DNA of 64,000 nucleotides from an uncultured Thermoleophilia bacterium (GTDB taxonomy: Bacteria > Actinomycetota > Thermoleophilia > UBA2241): contig CAVUGS010000003.1 of NCBI GenBank assembly GCA_963741075.1, forward strand, positions 101,054 through 165,053. Direction: 5' to 3'. Shown piece after piece: positions 57,030-64,000 of this stretch. The translations under genes and the position numbers were made by a program. Position 1 is the first letter of the stretch, and each line of letters begins with the position of its first letter. The notes beneath the pieces were generated by a model. The model ran no database searches. It saw nothing but the letters and a program-made list of their open reading frames with translations, and was not told where the DNA came from.

Positions 57030-59080
57030 GGCGTCGCTCCCTTGTCGTCGATCAGCGCGGCCTGCCCGCCCGCGTGGGTGCTGGGGAGCTCCACGTGGAA
57101 GGTCGTGCCGCGATCCGTCTCCGTCTCGAACCAGATCGTGCCGTTGTGCATCTTGACGATGCCGTAGCTGATGGGCAGGCCGAGGCCGGTGCCCTTGCCG
57201 ATGCTCTTGGTCGTGAAGAAGGGCTGGAAGACCTTGTCGCGGGCGCTCTGCGGGATGCCGGCGCCCTCGTCGCTCACGGCCAGGTGGACGCGGCCGCCGC
57301 CCTCGACCTCGTACGCGCTCACGCGCACCGTGCCGTCCCGGCCCTCCATGGCCTCGACCCCGTTCTTGACCAGGTTCACCAGGACCTGGGTCATCTGGTC
57401 GCGGTCGAGGTCGGCGCGCAGGCCGGGCGCCACGTCGACCACGAGGTCGACGACGTGGCCGTTGGGCTCCACCGTCGCCGCCGCGGAGTCGACCGCCCCC
57501 TGCACGACGTCGCGCACGTCCACGCTCTCGACGTGCACGCGGCTCTGCCGCGCGAAGTCGAGCAGGTTGCCGACGATCTTCTTGCAGCGCTCGCTCTCCT
57601 CGGCGACGAGCTTGAGGTCGTGGTCCAGGTCGTCGCGGTCCTTGAGCTTCTTCCCGAGGATGTGCGTGTACAGCAGGATCGTGCTGAGCGGGTTGTTGAG
57701 CTCGTGCGCGACGCCGGCGGCCATCTGGCCCATGCTGGCCAGCTTCTCGGTGTTGATGATGTGGCGGTGGACGTCGCGCATCTCGCTCCACGGCACGTTG
57801 AGCTCGGCGCACACGCGCTCTGCCTGGTCGATCATGAACGGCAGGCACATGGCGTCCTCGGCCATGCCGCAGTGCACGGCGACGGCCTTGGCGCGGCAGG
57901 TCGGGTAGCCGCAGGCGCCGCAGTTCAGCTCGTCCTCGGGGAAGAACTTGTTGGTCCGCGCCAGGATCTCGCGGATCTCGTCCTCGGTCGGCTCCGGCAG
58001 GCGCTGGTCGTCGGGGGTGTAGACGCGGCCGAGCACGAGGCCGGGGAAGCTCGCGGCGAGCGGGTCGGCCGGCTCGGTGCCGGCCTCGCCGGCGAGCGCC
58101 TCGCGGCGCCGGCACTCGGCGACGTACTCGCCGACGCGGCGCTTGCGCAGCAGGCCGGGCTCGGAGGAGCTGATGCCCGGCCCGCAGTAGCAGCCGCGGC
58201 ACATGAGGGCCTCCACGAGCAGGGTCTGGCCCGTGTCGGCCTCACTCAGGCTGTCCAGCACCTCGACGGTCTCGTCGTGGCCGCTGACCACCAGGACGTC
58301 GGGGTCGAGCATGCCGCGGTCCATGCCGGCGGCATCGAGCAGGCCGCCGGGCAGCGGGAACACCCGCGCCCGCCCGGCGGCCGGCTCGTCCCACGCGGCG
58401 TCCGCGGCCTTCGCCGCGTCGACGCCCCTCGCCGCCAGCAGGCGGTGAGCCTCCTGCAGCGTGAGCACCTCGTCGATCACCGGCGGCAGCAGCGGGTCGC
58501 GCGCCTCCGCCTTCTTGGCCACGCACGGGCCGACGAAGACGCAGCGCACGTCGTCGCCGTAGAGCTCCTTCACCGCCAGCGCGGTCGCGATCATCGGGGA
58601 CACGATCGGCACGAGGCGGTCCACCATCTCCGGGTGGTACTTGCGCACGTACTCGGACACCGCCGGGCACGCGGTCGCGATGTGCACGCCGGTCGGGTTC
58701 GCCTCCAGGTGTTCCGCGTAGGCACGGCTCACCAGGTCGGCGCCCTGCGCGACCTCCACGACGTAGTCGAACCCGGCCGCCTTGAAGGCGCCGACGAGCT
58801 GCGCGGCCGGCACGTCGAAGCCCGCCGGGAACGACGGCGCCAGCAGGGCGGCCACCGGGGCGTCCTCCTCGAGCAGCCAGGACGCCCGCTCCAGGCCGCT
58901 CAGGTACGCCTTGGCGTTCTGGGAGCAGACCAGGGTGCAGTTGCCGCAGGCGATGCAGCGCCCGTCGACCACGAACGCCTGGCCGTCCTCGATGCGGATC
59001 GCCTCCGCCGGGCAGTCGCGCACGCAGGTGTAGCACCGGCGGCAGTTCTGCTTGATGGTCGTGATGATCGTGCCGCTCAT
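57026..59080 (-). CDS. ferredoxin (2x4Fe-4S) - [FeFe]-hydrogenase H-domain-like - Cys-rich FeS domain - HisKA/HATPase_c histidine kinase
   Basis: Intact, 684 aa. ATG 59080 lies 6 nt after GGAG. Motifs in order: CRRCYTCVRDCP and CIACGNCTLVCS; H-domain-like IATACPAV, VGPCVAKKAE and EALMCRGCYCGPG; CGACGYPTCRAKAVAVHC; H-box AGVAHELNNPL; N-box LVNLVKNGVEAM; G1 DEGAGIP; F/G2 FQPFFTTK..GTGLGL. Confidence 0.85.
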   Translation of the reverse strand: MSGTIITTIKQNCRRCYTCVRDCPAEAIRIEDGQAFVVDGRCIACGNCTLVCSQNAKAYLSGLERASWLLEEDAPVAALLAPSFPAGFDVPAAQLVGAFKAAGFDYVVEVAQGADLVSRAYAEHLEANPTGVHIATACPAVSEYVRKYHPEMVDRLVPIVSPMIATALAVKELYGDDVRCVFVGPCVAKKAEARDPLLPPVIDEVLTLQEAHRLLAARGVDAAKAADAAWDEPAAGRARVFPLPGGLLDAAGMDRGMLDPDVLVVSGHDETVEVLDSLSEADTGQTLLVEALMCRGCYCGPGISSSEPGLLRKRRVGEYVAECRRREALAGEAGTEPADPLAASFPGLVLGRVYTPDDQRLPEPTEDEIREILARTNKFFPEDELNCGACGYPTCRAKAVAVHCGMAEDAMCLPFMIDQAERVCAELNVPWSEMRDVHRHIINTEKLASMGQMAAGVAHELNNPLSTILLYTHILGKKLKDRDDLDHDLKLVAEESERCKKIVGNLLDFARQSRVHVESVDVRDVVQGAVDSAAATVEPNGHVVDLVVDVAPGLRADLDRDQMTQVLVNLVKNGVEAMEGRDGTVRVSAYEVEGGGRVHLAVSDEGAGIPQSARDKVFQPFFTTKSIGKGTGLGLPISYGIVKMHNGTIWFETETDRGTTFHVELPSTHAGGQAALIDDKGATP

Positions 59081-59091
59081 GCCGGCTCCAG

Positions 59092-60814
59092 TCAGACCCC
59101 GCGACCTTGTCGGGGCTGCGGTCGGTGTAGGTGCGGTGCAGCAGGCGGTGGGAGACCTCGCCCAGCGGACGGCCGAGGAGCTCCTCGTACAGCGCCTGCA
59201 CGTCCGCGTTCTCGTGCGAGCGCCGGGTGCGGGAGCGCCTGTCCACCTCGTAGAGGCGCTCCAGCCGCTCCCTGACCGCCTGCGCGTCGGTGTCGTAGGG
59301 CTGCCCGCCGCCGCCGACGCAGCCGCCCGGGCAGCTCATGACCTCGACGAAGTGCAGGCCGGCCTCGGGAGCCAGCAGGCCGTCCACGGCCTCCTTCACC
59401 CGCCCGAGGCCGTTGACGACGGCCAGGTTCAGCTGCGTCGTCGCCCGCCGTGACCGTGAAGCGGCGCACGCCCTCGGCGCCGCGGGCCTCGGCCACCTTG
59501 GGGCCGCCCTCGAGCTCCTCGCCGGCGACCAGCATGTACGCCGTGCGCACGGCCGCCTCCATGACGCCGCCGCTGCCGGCGAAGAGCCGGCCGGCGCCGG
59601 TCGCCTCGGCGAACGGCGCGTCCAGCGGCGCCTGCTCGGTGAAGCGCGCGAACTCGACGCCGAAGCGGCCCCAGAGGTGCTCGAGCTCGCGCGTGGTGAG
59701 CACGTAGTCCACGTCGCTGAGGTCCTGCGCCTCGAACTTCTTGGCGGTGCACGGCATCAGCGAGACCACCACGAGGCGCTTGCCGGCGAGATCCGCGTGC
59801 TTCGGGTAGATCTCGCGGATCAGCGCGCCGGCCATCTGCTGCGGGCTCTTGCAGGTGGAGAGGTGCGGGATCAGGTCGGGGCGGTGCGTCTCGACGAAGT
59901 TCACCCAGGCGGGAGAGCAGCTGGTGAACATGGGCAGCACGCCGCCGTTCTGGATGCGGTCGAGCAGCTCGGAGCCCTCTTCCATGATCGTGAGGTCGGC
60001 GGCGAAGCTCGTGTCGAACACGGCGTCGAAGCCGACGCGCTTGAGCGCCGCCGCCAGCCGCTCGAGCATGACGCGCACGCCCTCGCTCTTGCTGTGGCCC
60101 TCGAGCAGCGTCGCCGGCACCGCCGGGGCGACCTGCGCGACCACCACGGCGTCGGGATCGGCCAGGGCCGCGACGACGTCGTCCACCTGGTCGCGCTCCA
60201 CGATCGCGCCCGTGGGGCACACACGGGCGCACTGGCCGCAGTACACGCACTCGCTCACGTTGAGGCCGACGGCGAAGCCGGGCGCGACCCGGGTCTTGAA
60301 GCCGCGCCCGGTGAAGTCGATCGCGCCCACCCCCTGCACGTCGTGGCACACGGTGACGCAGCGGCCGCAGAGGACGCACTTGTTGGGGTCGCGCCAGAGC
60401 GCCGGGGAGCTGATGTCCACCGGGTGCTGCTTGACGGCGCCGACGTAGCGGCGCTGGCGCGCGCCGACGTCAGCGGCCAGCGTCGCCAGCTCGCAGTCGC
60501 CGCCGCGCACGCAGGAGAGGCAGTCCTGCGGGTGGCTGGCGATGAGCAGCTCCATGATCGCGCGCCGCGCCTTGAGCACCCGCGGCGTGTGCGTGTGCAC
60601 GGCCATTCCTTCGGCCGCCTCGAGGGTGCAGCTGGTGAGCAGCCGCGGGTTCCCTTCGACCTCCACCACGCAGAGGCGGCAGGACGCCGCCGGGCTCGGC
60701 GCCCAGTCCAGGGAGCAGAGGTGCGGGATGTCGACGCCGGCGCGCCTGGCGGCCCTGAGCACGGTCTCGCCCGCGTGCCGCCTCGATCTCTTTGCCGTTG
60801 ATGGTGAGCTTCAT
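59092..60814 (-). CDS. hydA: [FeFe]-hydrogenase catalytic subunit, HydA/HndD type (M3 plus C-terminal SSU-like domain); about three frame breaks
   Basis: The gene starts at ATG 60814 (MKLTINGKEIEAA). It has a 2Fe-2S domain, a His-ligated cluster (HPQDCLSCVRGGDCE), two ferredoxin clusters (CVLCGRCVTVC, CVYCGQCARVCP) and the H-domain motifs FTSCSPAW, MPCTAKKFEA and VEVMSCPGGCVGGGGQP. The tail is ..LLHRTYTDR. Frame breaks are near 60770 and 59440, and the 3' end is ambiguous near 59100. Confidence 0.85.
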
Positions 60815-60825
60815 GGTCGTTCCTC

Positions 60826-62822
60826 TCAGGCCACGGCCAGGACGGCCTGCTTGGGGCAGGAGTCGGCGCAGGCGCCGCAGCCGGTGCAGCGGTCGACGAT
60901 GATGGAGTGGGCGAACTTGCGCTTGCCGAGGATCGCGCCGCTCGGGCAGTTCTTGGCGCACAGGGCGCAGCCGGTGCAGAGCTCGGGGTCGATGTCGAAC
61001 ACGCGCAGCCCCGTGCAGGCGCCGGCCGGGCAGGCGCTCTCCATGACGTGCGCCTCGTACTCGTCGCGGAAGAAGCGCAGGGTGCTGAGCACCGGGTTCG
61101 CCGCGGACTGGCCGAGGCCGCACAGTGAGGTCTCCTTGACGGTCTCGGCGAGCTCCTCCAGGTGGAGGATGCCGCGGAACCGCTCCAGCCGGCGCAGGTC
61201 GTCGCCGACCGGCCGCTCGGTGAGCTCGCTCAGGATCTCGTGCATGCGCGTCGTGCCCTCGCGGCACGGCGTGCACTTGCCGCAGCTCTCGTCGCGGATG
61301 AACTCCATGAAGAACTTGGCGACGTCGACCATGCAGGAGCGCTCGTCCATGACGACCATGCCGCCGCTGCCCATCATCGCGCCGAGCTCCTGGAGCGTGC
61401 CGTAGTCGGTGGCCACGTCGAGGTACGCGTCGGGGATGCAGCCGCCGCTGGGGCCGCCGATCTGGACGGCCTTGATGTGGTGGCCGGCCGGGGCGCCGCC
61501 GCCGATGTCGTAGACGACCTCGCGCAGCGGGATGCCCACCGGGACCTCGACGAGGCCGGTGTTCTGCACGCGGCCGGAGAGCGCGAAGACCTTGGTGCCG
61601 GCCGCGTCCCCGTACCCGAGGTCACGGAACCACTCGGCGCCCCTGTCCGAGGACCGCCGGCACGTTGGCCAGCGTCTCGACGTTGTTCAGCACGGTCGGG
61701 CAGCCGTGGAGGCCGGAGACCGCGGGATAGGGCGGGCGGGGACGGGGCATGCCGCGCCCGCCCTCGATGCTCGCCAGGATCGCCGTCTCCTCGCCGCACA
61801 CGAAGGCGCCGGCGCCCATCTTGATGGTGATGTCGAAGTCGACGAGGCTGCCGAGGATGTCCCTGCCCAGCAGCCCCGCCGCGCGGCACTGGCGGATGGC
61901 CTCGCCGAGGCGCTCGATCGCCAGCGGGTACTCGGCGCGGCAGTACACGTAGCCCTTGGTCGCGCCGATCGCGTAGGCGGCGATCAGCATGCCCTCGACG
62001 ATGCGGAAGGGGTCGCTCTCGAGCACGGCGCGGTCCATGAACGCGCCGGGGTCGCCCTCGTCGGCGTTGCAGATGAGGTACTTCTGGCTGCGCGGCTGGT
62101 CGTGGGCGACCTTCCACTTCTGCCCGGTCGGGAAGCCGGCCCCGCCGCGGCCGCGCAGGCCGGAGGCGATGACCTCGTCGCAGACCTCGGCCGGGCGTCA
62201 TGGTCGCCAGCGCCCGGGCGGCGGCGCGGAACCCGCCGGCGGCCAGCGCCGCGTCCAGGCTGGCCGGGTCGACGACGCCGCAGTTGGCGAGCACGACCTT
62301 GGTCTGCCGCGCGAAGAACGGCGTCTCGGCGAGCGGCCGCACGCCGCGGTACAGGTCGTCGGGGTCGTCGTAGCGGCCGAGCAGGAAGCGGTTGTGCAGC
62401 TCCCCCTCGCCGAACACGGTCTGCAGGAACTCGTCGATGGTCTCGGGCCCGAGGTCGCAGTAGCTGAGCCGCACGCCGTCGGCGGTCACCAGGTCGACGA
62501 AGACCTCGCGCTGGCAGTAGCCGACGCAGCCGGTCTCGACGATCGGCACGCGCAGGCCGCGCCGCTGGAAGTAGGCGTCGATCTTCTCGATGACGGCGAG
62601 CGCGCCGTTGGCGCGCCCGCAGGTGCCGGCGCCGACGTACAGGAGCATCCCGTCGCCGCCGCGGCGGGCGCGCGCCAGGCGCGCCGCGCGCAGGTCGCGG
62701 CAGGCGTCGTCGTCATGGCAGATCGGGCCGTGGTCGGCGCACGCGATGACGTCCATGCACGGAGTCGCCGCGGTGTGCAGGCAGCGTGTGCAGCACGGGG
62801 TCATGAGCTCGCTGTGGTTCAT
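60826..62822 (-). CDS. hydB: hydrogenase NAD(P)H-binding flavoprotein subunit, HydB/NuoF-like with Cys-rich N-terminal extension; two frame breaks
   Basis: The gene starts at ATG 62822. It has a Cys-rich N-terminus ([30 protein letters not shown]) and a thioredoxin-like 2Fe-2S region ([16 protein letters not shown]). The NuoF core has [36 protein letters not shown] and [12 protein letters not shown]. The C-terminus has 2x4Fe-4S ([24 protein letters not shown]). Frame breaks are near 62195 and 61640. Confidence 0.85.
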
Positions 62823-62894
62823 GCTCGTCTCGATTCTCTGTGATCCATGGCTCTGGTCACGCAGCTTGCTCTCCGGCGCCCCTCCAGGCAGCCG

Positions 62895-63386
62895 TCAGGC
62901 CGCGGCTTCGTCGTCTTCGGCCTCGGCGTCGACCGCGTCCAGCAGAGCGTCCAGCTTCTCCGTGGTGAGGTGGCCGTAGAACTCGCCGTCCAGCTTGATC
63001 ACCGGGGCGATCGAACAGGCGCCCAGGCACGCGACGCTGACGACGGTGTAGCGGCCGTCGGCCGAGTTGCCGTCGTCCCGCAGCTTCAGCCGCCGCTTCA
63101 GGTGCTGGGCGAGCGCGAGGCTCTGCTTGACGTGGCACGCCGTGCCGCGGCAGACCTCGACCACGTGCTCGCCCAGCGGAGCGAAGCGGAACTGGTTGTA
63201 GAACGTGGCGACGCCGTAGATGCGGCTGACCGGCGTCTCCAGGGCCTCGGCCACCAGGACCATCGCCTCGGTCGAGATGAAGCCCTCCTCGGCCTGGATC
63301 TCCTGCAGCAGCGGGATCATCTGCTCGCGCGTGAGCTGTTCCCTGCGCCCGGCGACGATGGCTTCGGCGGTGGTCACGGCGGTCAC
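62895..63386 (-). CDS. hydC: hydrogenase 2Fe-2S subunit, HydC/NuoE-like
   Basis: GTG 63386 is in a GTGA overlap with the upstream receiver stop. It has IPLLQEIQAEEGFIS, VEVCRGTACHV and VACLGACSIAPV (the NuoE CxxxxC..CxxxC pattern). Confidence 0.8.
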   Translation of the reverse strand: MTAVTTAEAIVAGRREQLTREQMIPLLQEIQAEEGFISTEAMVLVAEALETPVSRIYGVATFYNQFRFAPLGEHVVEVCRGTACHVKQSLALAQHLKRRLKLRDDGNSADGRYTVVSVACLGACSIAPVIKLDGEFYGHLTTEKLDALLDAVDAEAEDDEAAA

Positions 63387-63805
63387 GCGCCCTTCGCGAC
63401 GGCGGCCTCGTCCGCGGCCAGCAGCTCGGCGATCGCCGCGGCGAGGTCGGCCAGCTTGACCGGCTTCTCGAAGAACTTGGCGGCCGGCCATTCGCGGTAC
63501 ATCATCGGCTCGAAGATGTGCGTCTTGGTCTCGAGCTCCTTGGTGAAGCCGCTCATGATGATGACCGGGATGCGCTCGGTCTCCGGCTCGTCGCGCAGCT
63601 TGTAGGCCACGTTGAAGCCGTCGGTGTCGTAATCCATCATGATGTCGAGCACCACGAGGTCGGGGCGCCGCTCGGCGAGCCGCTCGCGCGCCTCGATGCC
63701 GCTGTGGGCGGTGTCCACGTCGTAGCCGCGGGCCTCCAGGAACGCCTTGACGCTGGCGACCAGGTCGCGGTCGTCGTCCACCACCAGGATGCGCTTGGCC
63801 TTCAT
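63383..63805 (-). CDS. stand-alone receiver (REC-only response regulator), first gene of the hydrogenase operon
   Basis: Intact. ATG 63805 is preceded by GAGGAGGAG. It has ILVVDDDRD, LVVLDIMM, PVIIMSG and FFEKPV. There is no output domain. Confidence 0.8.
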   Translation of the reverse strand: MKAKRILVVDDDRDLVASVKAFLEARGYDVDTAHSGIEARERLAERRPDLVVLDIMMDYDTDGFNVAYKLRDEPETERIPVIIMSGFTKELETKTHIFEPMMYREWPAAKFFEKPVKLADLAAAIAELLAADEAAVAKGA

Positions 63806-63874
63806 GACTCTCCTCCTCTGTTCCGCCGCGTACTCGGCATCCGCCGGTACGAGCTGTTTAGTTACCGTCTTCAC

Positions 63875-63890
63875 AGTGAAATCGTTCACA
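63875..63890 (-). promoter_or_regulatory. Crp/Fnr-family-like site TGTGA-ACGATT-TCACT in the AT-rich operon upstream region
   Basis: The site matches TGTGA-N6-TCACA at 9 of 10 positions and is centred about 77 nt upstream of ATG 63805. It overlaps a direct repeat of TTCACAGT (plus strand, 63870 and 63886). Confidence 0.35.
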
Positions 63891-63939
63891 GTAGTCGCGA
63901 AAAAAACACAGCTTCGACTCGTCTGCCGATACCCTGGTC

Positions 63940-64000
63940 TCACGCCGTCATCCCCTCCGCCGGCTCGCCCGGCTCGCTCGACGATGCCTGCGCCTCGGCC
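63940..64000 (-). CDS. 3' end of an unidentified upstream gene (runs off the window)
   Basis: The minus-strand reading ..AEAQASSSEPGEPAEGMTA* has its stop at 63940-63942. It is too short to classify. Confidence 0.2.
   Translation of the reverse strand, partial: AEAQASSSEPGEPAEGMTA

Noticed and set aside
62823-62894. A tiny upstream ORF (MDHRESRRA*) whose stop overlaps the hydB ATG (ATGA).
   Set aside because: It is only nine codons with no RBS. Given the insertion artefacts, it may just be a mis-phased piece of the real hydB 5' end.

Overview
This is a very GC-rich (by eye about 70 percent), densely coding chromosomal segment that looks actinobacterial. I saw no rRNA, CRISPR array, transposase, integrase or phage genes. 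The backbone is a long minus-strand housekeeping block: metG, tatD, rsmA, ispE, tRNA-Gln, glmU, prs, rplY, pth, then mfd, a PPIase, mazG, eno, ftsB, DUF501 and ppx. From memory this order is colinear with the mycobacterial Rv1007c-Rv1026 region. Around it sit accessory genes: an orphan membrane-anchored family-5 solute-binding protein, two HAD hydrolases, a cupin, a PASTA Ser/Thr kinase, a GATase, a CinA-like protein, a stand-alone accC, a PaaK-like ligase, copA, a zur-znuACB operon, usp, a TfoX-like gene, an SPFH protein, a secreted papain-like peptidase, dacB and an Lrp-aminotransferase-ureohydrolase operon. Four loci stand out. (1) At 55.1-63.9 kb, an 8.7 kb minus-strand operon interleaves a HydABC-type [FeFe]-hydrogenase with two histidine kinases and three receiver domains. 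One kinase carries a ferredoxin plus hydrogenase H-domain-like sensor, and none of the receivers has a DNA-binding output. This is my best candidate for an undescribed H2/redox-sensing system. (2) A perfect LexA (SOS) box sits in the promoter of a two-gene unit, a small W/R-rich ORF plus a DnaE2-like polymerase, with no imuA/imuB. (3) An orphan PilB/GspE-type ATPase carries both a phospho-receiver and a tandem MshEN (c-di-GMP) motif. (4) A 6C-like small-RNA candidate lies in an AT-rich island. Major caveat: about 60 single-base frame disruptions interrupt many genes, including essential ones (eno, metG, mfd, prs, rsmA). Nearly all behave as one extra base, so I treat them as sequence artefacts. 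CDS coordinates are for reconstructed full-length genes, and frameshift positions are approximate.
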